From NCBI GenBank assembly GCA_964016885.1, contig OZ024742.1, positions 20,584,001 to 20,648,000 of the forward strand: a stretch of DNA of 64,000 bases, written 5' to 3'. The notes under the pieces are model-generated. The model did no database searches and had not been told where the DNA came from. It saw only the letters and a program-made list of their open reading frames with translations. The stretch's first letter is position 1. Each line of letters begins with the position of its first letter. The stretch is from Eledone cirrhosa (taxonomy: Eukaryota). Both the position numbers and the translations under genes were made by a program. This document shows positions 39,619 through 56,611 of this stretch, piece by piece.

Positions 39619-39647
39619 ATGTATGTATATATGTATATATGTATGTA

Positions 39648-40256
39648 TGTCAGGTCACCAGTTGGTGCTACTGGTAACATGTATCCCAGTACAACCTGTC
39701 TCATGGTCGGGTCGTTAGCGACTAAACTGGCAACCCCACCAAGCTTTCTTGGTGAGGAGGGTGACTTTGGACATCCTGCAGGACTAAAAACAAAACCTGT
39801 CAAAGGGCAAAGGAGCTCTTAAGAGTCAATGGCCATCCAAAATCACCGGGATGACCCCTTAGCCTTTGTCAACGCAGAATTCTAGGAGAAGGAAAACTCT
39901 GATATAGCACCTGCAACCCTGATGGTATCCAATGATGTTGACTTGTTCTTCTTTTTGGTAAATATCATCTTGGTTAAGAGAGTGGGACTGGGTTTGTGCA
40001 GTGCCTTTGCTCACTATAAAAATCTTCACGGCACAGGCATTGCTTTATATCTGGAGATCTCTCTGCACTTGTCATCACATGGTACCATGGGCCCAGCACT
40101 ATGTGTCAGTAATTGTCACATGTGTAGTGTTTGTACCAGAGTTTTCAAGTCGCTGGATGGACTAAAAAGTCACACTCGTTCAGCGCATCGGTAGGGGTTC
40201 TCCTATATGGATATAAAGTAGTGGCCGTACTCGAAAACTAGTTGGCAGCGACCATG
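39648..40256 (+). mobile_element. RTE-derived non-autonomous element flanked by (ATGT)n
   Basis: Encodes HMCSVCTRVFKSLDGLKSHTRSAHR* at its 3' end; near-identical to 15396-16006. Confidence 0.7.
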
Positions 40257-40377
40257 TATGTATGTGTGTGTGGGGGTTTCTATACATAATTATCAAAAAT
40301 GCAATAAATCGATTTAAATACATAGCGAGCGATTCAATTCATTTTGTATATATAATATTATCTCTCTATCTCCCTAT

Positions 40378-40431
<54 letters not shown>

Positions 40432-40434
<3 letters not shown>

Positions 40435-40680
40435 GGAAGGGATATATTAGGTTAACGCTTGAAATAGCAGGAAGAGGGTCTTAATGTTTCGGACGCTAGT
40501 CCTTTATCAGAAGAAAGAATGAGAAATAAGAAACAATTTATCTTATTTCTCATTCTTTCTTCTGATGAAGGACTAGCGCCCGAAACATTAAGACCCTCTT
40601 CCTGCTATTTAAAGCGTTAACCTAATATATCCCTTCCATATACTGTACCGAATGTGTTGTTATTTCTGTTTACCTTTTAA
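40432..40680. mobile_element. Short fold-back with minimal HHRs (40558-40593 plus; 40479-40514 minus)
   Basis: ~100-bp arms around a 9-bp spacer; TCTT-CTGATGA-A-GGAC-TAGC-G(T/C)CC-GAAA-C-ATT-AAGA. Confidence 0.75.
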
Positions 40681-40714
<34 letters not shown>

Positions 40715-41289
40715 CAATCCATCATCAATCCATCCATCCATTTATCTCTCTATCTCTCTGTATGGACATGTAGCTTTGACATCTTACGTCTAGGATTATA
40801 ACCAGTCGGTCATACAAACACAGATACACATTAGGTAGCGTTTATGTATAATTTGAAATATAAGGTAGACCTGTTTTTAATAAACATAGACTTTTAACCT
40901 CGCCGTGAAAGTGTTTAAATAGCAGATTTTTATCTCAGTGTTTGCAGAAAATGTGAAATTGATCTTATTGGTTCTTAGAGAACGCAGTCGTTCAGCAGGG
41001 AATCAATACCACTATTCTATCCAGGGATAGAAGTGTAAATTCTAGTTATTTATAATTCATACAAAGTAGCTAAAGTGAACAGTCTAAATTACGTAATAGT
41101 ACATGTGTTAACAACTTGGAATAATTAGTTGATCCGTAATCTACGATATAATGGTTTTCATGTTAGATAATTTGAACTGTAAGTCATACTAAATATGTTG
41201 AAATTCACCGAAGTAGTTAGAATCATCCAGTTATGGTGAAATGTCGACGTAACCAGTCAAAATTACTAATAACAATAATAACAATAATA

Positions 41290-41478
41290 AGGGTTTCTTA
41301 TATAGGCACAAGCCAGCAATTTTTGGGGAGGGGAAAGTCGATTAAATCGACCTCAGTTCGTAATTACATAGTTCGCTTTATTTTATCGACTCCGTAAGGA
41401 TGAAAGGCAAAGTTAACCTCGGCGGGATATGAACTCAGACCATAAAGGGCCGTAACTCTTTGCTACCGATACTGCCGT
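41290..41478 (-). mobile_element. tRNA-derived SINE
   Basis: Same family as 20550-20742. Confidence 0.8.
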
Positions 41479-41521
41479 AAATAATAATAATACATGCGTA
41501 CTGATATTTATACATACATAT

Positions 41522-41554
<33 letters not shown>

Positions 41555-42010
41555 GCATAGAAAGACACATATATACATTAATATTTATATGTATACACAC
41601 ATACATACATTTATATTTATATATGTATATATATATATGTGTGTGTGTGTGTATGTGTGTGTGTGTGTGTGCATGTATATATAATTATATATATATATAT
41701 ACACACACATACACACACATATATGTATATATATAGGTGGTACTATTATGTTAGACATGGCCTGGGACAACACTGACCGAAACCTAACAAACTTATCAAC
41801 GTTCTACACACACACGCACAAACACGTACACACCCACCCACCCACCCACAAACACATGTATATATATATATATATATATATATACTTGTTTCAATGTTTG
41901 TGTGAGTGTGATGTATTCAATGCACGATTGTATTCTATCATTCTATTCAACTTAACTAAAAGGAAAGCTATTCTATGTCTATGCACACATTTACACACAA
42001 CACCCACAAG

Positions 42011-42100
<90 letters not shown>

Positions 42101-42242
42101 CACATGTATATATATATATATATATACATCCACATATATATATTATATATATATATAAACATAAATATATGCATACACATATATATATATATATATGTAT
42201 GTGTATATATATATATATACATATAAACATATACATAAACAT

Positions 42243-42319
<77 letters not shown>

Positions 42320-43039
42320 TATATGTGTGTGCGTGTATAATACATAAAGTTATAGCATCTGTAAGTATGTGTATATGCAAACATTGCTAGCTACGTGACA
42401 GATGTATGTATACAAACGAATTTAAAGATATACATCACACAATCTGCCGTGACGTTTGCTGCTGCTAAATAAATACAAGGTGTTAGAATATTCGATAATT
42501 CCAGAACATAATGATCTTTGCCTTCTTTTTAGTTTACATGAAACAATACATATATCCCAGCTATCAGTAGGCGGCAGCCTAAGTATTAATGTACACACGT
42601 TAATTTTTTATTTTTTCTGCCTTTCCTGTATTTGATCTTTGCCTGACAGAATGTATATATTGATCACCAGAGCTATGTAGTTATGATGAAAAAATACAAT
42701 AATATTAAATGGCAATACACTGCATTGTGGAACCGCAATCCTAATATTAAACAGGTTTAAAGATGAATCTATATTGGATATGTTGGTGGATATATATGTC
42801 TCCTTTAGTTCTCCATCACATTTTGACGCATTCACTCTTTGCTCTTTGTCTGACTGTAGGAGAGTGAGCTGAAAATTAAAGTTCATTGGCTGACTATGAA
42901 GGAGTGAGAGATGCTAGAGCTGTTAAACCTTACATACATTAATTTCAATTTTTCTGATTAGTAATTGCATTGATTCAAAGCAAAGCCTTTCATTAAAACA
43001 TATTTTCATTCCAAATTCGTATATATATATATATATATA

Positions 43040-43551
43040 TAGGAAAAAGTATGACCCCGACGGTAGAGCTCAAGCCGTTTCAACGGCTATTTCTGGACTG
43101 AGTCCAGAAATAGCCGTCGAAACGGCTTGAGCTCTGCCGTCGGGGTCATACTGTTTCCTATTTCGCACTCTACTACCCTAAGTATTGAGTACTCTGGTGC
43201 GTTATGGTCCATCTGGTTCCTTACCACAATTCCTTTGTTATATATATATATATATATATATATATTGGTAAACGGAATAGAAAATGCTGACAAATTGTTC
43301 ACAGTTGAAAAATGGTTTAATTAGGAATAAAAGAGTATTAGTGATTGTATGGGTTAGTATTCAGTTGTGGTTTTAAGTTTTTAAGTTTTTACTGGTTGCG
43401 CATTTAGAAATGCGCAACCGGTAAAAACTTAAAAACTTAAAACCACAACTGAATACTAACCCATACAATCACTAATACTCTTTTATTCCTAATTAAACCA
43501 TTTTTCAACTGTGAACAATTTGTCAGCATTTTCTATTCCGTTTACCAATAT
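43040..43551. mobile_element. PLE family-B fragment with two fold-backs (centres ~43100 and ~43406)
   Basis: Arms 43040-43099/43101-43160 and 43262-43405/43408-43551. Confidence 0.8.
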
Positions 43552-43593
43552 ATAATAACTTGTGTGTTACACCTCTATTCTTTTAACTATATA

Positions 43594-43713
<120 letters not shown>

Positions 43714-43985
43714 GATTGGTGCTCTGAAATAGCGATGTATACATGAATGGCAATATTTGGCAATACACCGTATGCTTAATTAAAATCATTTGGAAGACCA
43801 TACGGAAGCAGGGGAGTGAGTGGCTCTGATGAACGCCAACCAGCGTGAAACAGACTATTAGCTTCTCTCCCCTCTTTCGTCGAAAAGAAGTAAGTGACAT
43901 AGTCACTACTTTAAAACTGATAGCATATGGTATTCTAAATGTTTTTAATTAAACATACGGTATATTGCCAAATATACTACCCACA

Positions 43986-44054
<69 letters not shown>

Positions 44055-44347
44055 CGATATCTTACTTTTTTCGTCTTCCTTTTTTTCTTCCTCTCTTTTA
44101 ACTTTCTTTCTTTTTCTATGTTTCAACTATGCCACGTGAGGCACCAATTTTTTTCTCTGACGTCACACAAAATGATATGTGTTTTGTAGCTTAATTGCTA
44201 TAAATAAAAGTTTCTCTCTCCTCCGTTACTCCCCTAGATAGCGTTTGGCTTATATCAGGCACATACAAAAAATGTTTTTTTTTTGTTTTGTTTCCGTCTT
44301 CCATTTTTTTTTGTTTTGTCTTGTCTTCTCTTTGTTAATTTTCTTAA

Positions 44348-44414
<67 letters not shown>

Positions 44415-44419
44415 TATAT

Positions 44420-45190
44420 ATATATCATAAAACATGTCTATAGAATCACAAGATAAAATATATACTATTTCCTCTCCCAATTAGCATAATTAACTATATA
44501 AAAAATCGAATAGACCAGGCTATAAGAATGAGGCTTCTATGAAGGAATCTCCGACAAATAACCAAAACTAGCGCTTCGCGTCGACCGTAGTGGAATATTT
44601 ATCGAATATTTCGACAGCGTAATCGCCTAGATACAGTCAATTAAGCAGAATTAGGTTTAACATAAACTAGGAGACTACGTCACGATTTTTAGCCATTTTG
44701 AAATGAATTCTTGGCGCGATCGTTTTGGAAAATTTAATGTCTAGATATGAGCGAGCTTCCTGAAGAATCCGGCGCTCGAGTTTATACAATTATTACATAA
44801 TTATTGGATAACTCAAAACACGGGCGAAACCATGGTAGAGGTATTTAAATGTATTCTATTTTCTCCTAGTTTATTTTAAACCTAATTCTGCTTAGTTGAC
44901 TGTATCTAGGCGATTACGCAGTCGAAATATTCGATAAATATTCCACTACGGCTGACGCGAAGCGCTAGTTTTGGTTATTTGTCGGAGATTCCTTCATAGA
45001 AGCCTCATTCTTATAGCCTGGTCTATTCGATTTTTTATATAGTTAATTATGCTAATTGGGAGAGGAAATAGTATATATTTTATCTTGTGATTCTATAGAC
45101 ATGTTTTATGATATATAGCTCTGATTGTTTAATTTATTAATTTTTCATTGAGCCACAAAGTGACCGGTTGCAAAACACGTATACGTATAT
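44420..45190. mobile_element. Fold-back PLE-type fragment: arms ~44420-44674 and ~44861-45117, HHR in the spacer
   Basis: Near-identical inverted arms flanked by (TA)n. Confidence 0.8.
44756..44841 (+). ncRNA. Type I hammerhead with long helix II
   Basis: CTTC-CTGAAGA-A-TCCG...GAGTT...AACTC...CGGG-C-GAAA-C-CATG-GTA-GAGG. Helix III is the palindrome ACCATGGT; GUA triplet. Confidence 0.7.
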
Positions 45191-45217
45191 GTATGTATAT
45201 ATATATATGTAAACTTT

Positions 45218-45272
<55 letters not shown>

Positions 45273-45418
45273 TGGTCAGGATAACCAAAGATGTGAGTCG
45301 ACTCCCATGTACGTCAATACTCATCTTTTTACATCATTTCTCAAGGGTTTTTAACGACACTATATGACAAAATAATTTTCTTTAATTTCTTTAGTCAAAA
45401 TAAGGCGATAGCTCCCAT

Positions 45419-48273
<2,855 letters not shown>

Positions 48274-49212
48274 TTATTGTAACTTATTTCAATAAATATT
48301 TCTACAATAATATGGCAGCATAGTCGTTAAAATTTCATATTATTGATACTGATTCAACTGTAAGACAACGAATAACTTTCCATAATGTTTATTACTTCAA
48401 AGTTTCGCCCACAGAATGAATAATAACTGGTGCTATCAAAGAAAGGGGAAATCGCGACTCAACAGACTTCAAAAGAATTAGTAATTTCAGATTGTTAATT
48501 TACCCAAGAAATTTCATATTTTACGTCAACTATATTTCACGTCAATATATTTACTTAGAATACTGAAAATAAAGGAAATTCATAATCTAGTAAATTCTTA
48601 AACAAAAGAATACCTACAATTCATTCACATAATTTCATTTATATAATCAATGTGAGTTTCTAATCAAGGAAATCTTAACGGTTTTCTCATAATAGCATTA
48701 AGGAAACCTCGCAGAAAATATCAGAATTAAACAAAATGTAAAGGAACATCTTTACAAAATAAGCACTTTACTAAATTAACAACAGATTTCCTATATTTGT
48801 GTCTTTGAAAACACGAATGAATTAAGTAAACGTGTTTTTTGTGCTATAGAAAATATACCAGTGAAAGGATCTGAAGTGTAAAATTCAGGTTTAAATTAAA
48901 TTCTAGTATTTAGAAGGAAGTTAGCAAACACTTTCTGATTCATTCTGGAATAATGAAATAATCAGTTTTAATTAAATTCTAAAAAACCTGGAACATCAAC
49001 TAAGGATAATTTAAACATGTTATGCAAATAAATTTCAGATTGTCTTATTTTTAAAGACGTCCATATATGTGGTAGAATTGTAATGGTTGTTACTCCTTCC
49101 AGGTGTTGTTTCAATCAATTATTGAAATTTTGCATCACTTATTCGCATATATAAGGTTCTGTGTATCTATACACACACACACACGCACACACACACGCAC
49201 ACACACACGCAC

Positions 49213-49322
<110 letters not shown>

Positions 49323-49366
49323 GTATAGATATATATAAATATGTATATGTATCTATATGCTTATAT

Positions 49367-49429
<63 letters not shown>

Positions 49430-49431
<2 letters not shown>

Positions 49432-50736
49432 CGGCGATGAATTAGTTTTGCGAGGTTTTTTATATGAAATCGTGTGTCGAAACAAATATTGTTATACTTG
49501 GGGAGGGTCATATTTGTGTAATATTGCCAGAATTAATAACAGAACACACTCACTGTTTGGTTGGTTTTCGCTTCTCGCTGTCTTTTATATCGGTAATCTA
49601 ACTTACTCGGTCCTCAATGTTGCCATTGACTGACCGACGGTCAAAAATTATACAGATACAATATAGACACAAACACATATATATAGTTTATCATAAATAT
49701 TTCGTTGCACATCTGCAACATCGTCAGTGGTGTTATATTTTCCTCTTGTTGTATTGTATGTCTACGCCATTTTTTATTCAGTCTGTCTATATATTTATTT
49801 ATTTATTTGCTTGTTTGTTTATTTTATTTTGTCTTCTTTGCGCATGCATTTGCGTGTGTGTATAGTGTTATGTTTGCTGTGTGATGGGTGACTAGTGTGT
49901 GTTTATGTGCTTGTTGTTATTGTGCTTGTGTATGTATTTATTTATCTTATTTTATTTACTTACTTATACTTCTCTTAGGTCAGTGTTGTTTCTTTGGGTG
50001 TTGTTGTTATTCCATTCATTCTTTCTGTTTAGCTTTGGTCTTCTAATTTCTATTTCACTGGCCTCTCTGATTTGGCTATCTGCTGGGTCATTCCTATGTT
50101 TAGATATTATTCTAATTTCTATGTCATGTTGTTGTCTAGCATGTTCGTATAGTACTGACCCGTTTTTTCTTCCTTTTAGTTCCCCCCAGTGTTGGTCTAT
50201 CCTTTCACCTATGCTACGAGCTGTCTCACCTATGTATGTTGTTGTCATGTTTCTGCAAGTACCCTCTGTACATCTTATGCTATAGACTACGTTTCTAGTT
50301 TTACAGTTTATCCGGGGGTTCACCTTACATATGATACATTTCCTATTGGTACAGTGGGTTTTCTTAAAAGGGTAGGTTTTGCTGATCAAGGATTTTATGG
50401 TGGTTCCTGGCTTTTCTACCACCTTTATTTTTAAGTGGGTCTTTCTCAGGGCCTTTCTACACTGGTTAGCTAATTTTCCTCCAGGGGTGGCGTCCACAAA
50501 CATGACACTCTGGTATCTCTGGTTGTCGTACCATGATGTGGCTTCTCTATCTTATGTCTAGCCCTATCTAAGCTATTCCATGATTTGCTCCTGTATAATG
50601 GGCAAATTCCTTTCATGTCCAGTTCTATGAGGGTCCTATTATTTTCCATGGCTCCTTCGTATACTCTGACTCTGTCTCTTTGGTTGTAGCCAGAGAACTG
50701 CATGCGGTTGATGAAGTGTTGGATGTGTCTTTCCAT
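49430..50736 (-). mobile_element. 5'-truncated PLE of a different lineage (thumb, CxxxxCxxC linker, GIY-YIG, 3' UTR)
   Basis: MQFSGY, PLYR, FVDATPGGKL, CTNRKCIIC, NVVYSIRC, YIGETARSIGERIDQH; one frameshift near 50540; flanked by (TA)n. Confidence 0.85.
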
Positions 50737-50805
50737 TATATATATATATATGAAAGACGTAAAATAAGAAAATTATAATAATTAACTTACTTACTTAAGT
50801 TTCAG

Positions 50806-50879
50806 TCCAACTAATTAGTTTCTGAAAGGGGATATACATAGAGTTCAAAACCATGGAGAATTTCTTTCTTCATCAGGGA
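50806..50879 (-). ncRNA. Type I hammerhead motif
   Basis: TCC-CTGATGA-A-GAAAG...CTTTC-A-GAAA-C-TAATTA-GTT-GGA. Helix III is the palindrome AACTAATTAGTT; GUU triplet. Confidence 0.7.
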
Positions 50880-52016
50880 GTCAATTCTCTGCTAAGATCC
50901 CTGGCGATAAGCGGACACAGGGATCTCAAACAAAAATAATTCAGTGAATGGAAAAGAAGCAAGCGCGGACTAAATTTCAAAACACTGAAAATTTCACTAC
51001 CTTCACGGTCAGTGGCAAATTCAAAAGAATCAATCACGTGACACCGAGGTTAATTAGTGAGGAGTAAGGTGTTAAAAAGACAGTAGCCAAAATATTACTA
51101 TGAATCATAGCAGTAATTCAGGCAAATTTTTACTCAACAAATAATTTGGAGATAATTATGGGCAATTTGCTTTGTTTCTACAGTTACAACGTTTCGTGAA
51201 TGTTATATCAGGGGAGTTAGTCAAATTAGGTGTGGAATTTTCTCGACTTGTTGTATGTGAATGAGATGGTGGTTTGCTGTGGTTTATTTTAGTATTATGG
51301 TTAGTTTGATGTGTTGGTGGTATATTCATGTTTTTTTTACATTTATATGCATTGTAGGCACTTATATTTTGTTGTATATTTTTGGATGTGGAGTAGGAGA
51401 ATTTGACCGTTGATCTATTTAAAATTTGATGGTATTTATGGTTTTACGGGAAGTTTTTCTCTAGAATAGTAAAAATCTTTTTAGGAATATTATCTTTAAT
51501 TTGTAGATTTTTAGGTATATTATCCTTAATTTGTAGATTAAAACTGAAGTCTGAATTCCTCTACCCTTAAATTAAATTTCTACTACTACTATTCTATCAA
51601 TTTGACCACTTACTACTTTTCTATTAGTCAATTCAAAACCTGTTCCCAAACAGACCTATTATATTAAATATGTGTTGGTTTTTTTCAATAAACATATCAT
51701 TATTTCTGAAGACAGCATATATATGTGGAGGTATGTATATTCCCTCTGATAGTTTGTAAAACTTTTACAAAGATCTATATGATATATATACCAACACACA
51801 CATATATATCCTAGAAACGATCGTAAAATAATGAATTTTTTAATATAAGGAACTGTTTCTTTGTTTTTATTCATTATTATTATTAATTTATCTTGACTCT
51901 GTTTTCCTGTATTTTTCATCGAAAAAATTTTGAATACATCTTCTCTTTTCATGATATTTGGATTACATTGAGCTCTTCATACGGATTTGACACTACCGTA
52001 TATTTTGGTAGATTTA

Positions 52017-52129
<113 letters not shown>

Positions 52130-52213
52130 CTATCTATCTATCTATATATATGTATATACACATATATATGTATATGTATATATCTATCTATCTATCTATC
52201 TATATATATGTAT

Positions 52214-52299
<86 letters not shown>

Positions 52300-52315
52300 A
52301 TATATGATAGAAATG

Positions 52316-52373
<58 letters not shown>

Positions 52374-52681
52374 GTGTGTGTGTGCATATGAGTGTGTCGT
52401 TCTGTAACATTGGAGTAGCTTATAATATACGCACAATATTTACCATTGATATTCAGAAATCTATGTATTTAATGTATTTAATATTCCAGATATTCATACC
52501 TTTATTTACAACCCATATATTACTTCATATAATTTCTCTTTTTGATTGTATTTAGTTTCTAACAATCTTTCTGTAAATATTTCGGCCACTTTCAAATAAT
52601 TGTTATCTTAGCTATACATCCATCATTAAGAATAATGCCATGGCACTTAATATATGAATATATGAATTATAGTATACTTAA

Positions 52682-52732
<51 letters not shown>

Positions 52733-53066
52733 GAAACGGTGCGGATGCATTCATGTATATATGTGTGTGTCCGCATGTATCTGTGTGTTTCTAAATATAT
52801 TGTTAATAACTCCCTCTGGTCGAGCAATCTTTGAGGTGTGGGGACAGCCGGAAAGCTTCCATTACTCATACTTCTCGCCTTCTTCACCACCTCTTCTACG
52901 GCCTCGATATAAATACCCCCTCCGCCTCCGTGGTATTTTCTTCGGGGTTATAAGAGGCTTAGCTCTGTTTTTCGACCGTTATATCGCGTGACTATCTGCC
53001 CCTCCGCCTTTTGGGATTCTTTCTCACGTCGTGTAGACGCGTTCTTGAGACTAGTAAAATGAGGTA

Positions 53067-53156
53067 TCCTCTTGATAAGTCGGCAGACCTCGCAAGGACT
53101 CTATATCTTTATGATATATTGTTTTTGTTTATGCCACGAAACTACGTAGTCGAGGA
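53067..53156 (+). ncRNA. Type I hammerhead with U3:A8 core
   Basis: TCCTC-TTGATAA-GT.GGCA...TGCCAC-GAAA-C-TACGTA-GTC-GAGGA, ~70 bp before (TA)n. Confidence 0.75.
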
Positions 53157-53225
53157 ATTTAGGAGCAGTTTAGGTATGATACATTTTATTACTAATTATA
53201 TCTAAATGTTTCTTCTCTCTTCATA

Positions 53226-53379
<154 letters not shown>

Positions 53380-53919
53380 ATTAAGTCTTTATTAGCCAAC
53401 AATGTTTCGTCCTATTAAGGACTCATCAGGGCAATTAAAACAACAAGAAGTATTATCGGCCTATACAAGCCGGAAATTTTTTTTTTTTTTTTTTGCTTTG
53501 GACTATATTTGTAATATGGTTCTAAATGTTATACACCTCCTTAGTGATTTTTATTATATATTTTTACCCATAATCTTGCAATACTTTAGTGTATGTACAC
53601 TCCATATTCTTCGGAGTTTTCGGCTTGTATAGGCCGATAATACTTCTTGTTGTTTTAATTGCCCTGGTGAGTCCTTAATAGGACGAACAATTGTTGGCTA
53701 ATAAAGACTTTTGATGTATTGAAGGCTTCTTTGTTTTACTTTCATAATTCTTCGGCTCTGTTTAATTACATTGAGCTATACCTTTTACTGTCATTTCTAT
53801 AATACAAAGAGGGTGTTTAACTCCAACACGCTCCAGTATTTTAATCCTTGTCACTGCTCCAGATTGGTTGAGCTTCCTCCTATATACTGGTATTTTGGCC
53901 TTTATATATATCTGACAGT

Positions 53920-56611
53920 ATGCTAACAAAGAGTTACCTGCCTTTATCTCTGAAGAATATTCCCACCCCCTCTAAGACTCTAAGAATACTTATGAAAAAC
54001 TATTGATAGCTAGTGTTAACTCCTTTGTAAAAAGGATTAGATGGCGTGCTTTCCACTATGATAATAATAAGAGTAGGAAGGACCCCAGGAATAGAACAAA
54101 TTTTAATAACTATGGCTTCAAAACTTATAAGAGCCCACCACAATATTCTATTAGATAGTTTTGAAAGTGACTTACTCTCTCTCGTCAAAAATATTAAGCA
54201 TAGGCCAAATAATAGACATAGAAATTATAATAAATTTGATAAGTTCAGTCTAGACTTAAAAATATTGTTAAGGATTTTGGTGAGAATAAGTCCATTCTTG
54301 TCCCGGCGGATAAGATTAAGAATCTATACTCCATGGATTACAGTGCTTACCGTGACTTTATTTATAAGGAGCTATATAGAAATTATAAAAAAACTACGCT
54401 TGATAATTTGAACCGCATCAATAGTGAGGGTCTTAAAATTGTCTCTGACCTCGGCCTCGATAAGTATACCCAGCCATATTACCCTCGTTAACCGAGCTTC
54501 ACTTTTAAGGATCATAATGTAGATTTTATTAGTAACCCCTCTGTTAGACTTATCTGTCCTTCTAAGTTCGATATAGCCATAATCAGTAAAAAAATCCTTG
54601 ACCTTATTATACCAGATGTTACGGATAAAGTTAATTTTAACCTATGGGGAACACTAAGGAAGTTATAGATTGGTTCTCTGGGATTAATAAACTTGAATCT
54701 AATAAGTTTATCCAATTCGATATTGATGCCTAATACACATCGATTTCACCCATCCTCCTCAATAAAGCTTTAATGTTGGCCATGAGAGTGTCCAGCCTTA
54801 CACGATCACAGGTAGATATTATACTAGCAGCCCGTAGAACTATTATTAAATTTGAGGACACATTTTGGACCCGTAAAAACACGCCCAACAATTTCGACGT
54901 TACAATGGGTTCGAGTGATTCGGCCCAGGTAACTGATCTTGTTGGTTTGTTCCTCCTAAATGAACTATATGTTACCTTTCCGCACCTTAAAGGCGGACTA
55001 TATCGTGATGATGCATTGTTTGTAATTAACTCTAGCACCAACAATGTCGAGCATAATAAGAAGAAGCCTTATAAGTTTTTTAAAGGCTATAATCTTTCGA
55101 TCACGATAGATAGAAACGATAGAGCGGTTAACTTTTTAGATGTGACTTTGGACTTGGTCACTAATAGTTTTAAACCCTTCCATAAGCCTAATGAAATACT
55201 TTCTTATGTTAGTCCCAATTCTAACCACCCCAAATCTATGATAAGCTCTATAATTAAGGGTGTATCTAATAGGATTTCCACACTCTCTAAGGACGTAGGA
55301 ACATTTAATGAACATGCGGAGTACTATAATAATGCCCTAGCAAATTCCGGTTACTCTAGTAAAATACATTATAATAATAGTAACCTTAGAAAGTTTCCGC
55401 TTATTTATAATAATAATAACATAATATCACATAACATGGCCATGAATGGGAGTAGGAAACATAATAACCGTAAAAATTACATAGGTGTATCTGAACCCAT
55501 CCATAAGTTAACCCACGGGACTCGTAATAGGGAATATAATACCTCTAGGAAACAAGTCGAACCCTCTGAGCGCTCACTCATTGGTGGTAATTTTGCTAGA
55601 TCTAATTCTAATAATGTTGCTTCTACTGATCCTATTATTGGCCCTAATCCTTTTGATGGGATTCCAGACGACAGCAGATCTACTGGAGGTAGAAGCAGTA
55701 GGAGACTTAATGGAATTTTGGCTGATTCTAATAATTCGGTTTTAACTAATCCTTGTAGTAACCCTAGTCTTGATAGTGGAATATTAGATAATGGTAGAGT
55801 CGGTAAGGATAACAATAGAAGGAGACTAAATACGTATTTTAACCCGCCATATAATCAGGAAGTATTAACTAATATCCCTAGGTCTTTCTTTTCTATCTTA
55901 GAGAAAAATTCCCTCCCTTCTCATAAATACCATAGTATTTTTAATGAAAATGTTATTAAACTTTCATTCTCTACCACCCCTAATATTAGTTCTCATTTAG
56001 CTAGCACTAACAATAGGAAAATTAGAGATGGATTCTCCTCTCTACATACTACTAGTCTGAACAGATCTGGAAATGCCTTACCACCAGAACAGACCTTATC
56101 TAATAGCAATCCTACGTGTAATGCATCACCACTTCAGCCAACCAATAGCACCCGGAAGTGTAACTGTAGAGTGAGTGCTAACTGACCTTTAAACGGTAAC
56201 TGCCTCTCTAAGAACATCGTCTATGCTTGCGTAGTTATAACTAATTCCTCTAATAGAACTTATATAGGCTCTACATCTAACATTTTTAAGACTAGGTTTA
56301 ATTCTCATATCTCTAATTTCAAACATGTTAAGTTTAAGAATGCTACTTCTTTAGCACACTATATCTGGGATCTTAAGGGGGCTAATATACCATATAGCCT
56401 TAATTGGCGTTTAGTAGCACGCTCTAATAACCTTTCTACACATACTCAATTTTGTAATCTCTGTATCCTCGAGACACACTCTATAATTTTCTCTAGCGAA
56501 TCCTTACTTAATAGAAAGTCTGAGATATTCTCTTCTTGCCCCCACGCTATTTCTAATTCTTACTTTTATTATAAACCTAAAGGTTCTAGTAGTTTAAATT
56601 GTATCCATTAG
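53920..56611 (+). pseudogene. PLE RT + GIY-YIG ORF with stops and frameshifts
   Basis: SLKNIP, RIRWRAF, FKDH..RLICP, QFDI, TMGS, LYRDD, NFLDV, CNC...*PLNGNCL, NIVY..TYIGST, CNLC..CPH. In-frame stops at 54489, 54731 and 56183; frameshifts near 53980 and 54648. Confidence 0.9.

Noticed and set aside
42608-42886. Possible host exon in unique sequence (TTTTCAG acceptor-like site, minus)
   Set aside because: No recognisable protein motif or convincing donor site; needs RNA-seq or BLASTX.
44895-44935. GACTG...CAGTC-GAAATATTC hairpin resembling half an HHR
   Set aside because: No CUGANGA or UUGANAA in front of the helix.
51185-51215. Minus-strand CTGATATAA...GAAACGTT
   Set aside because: No helix II or helix I; at best a decayed HHR.
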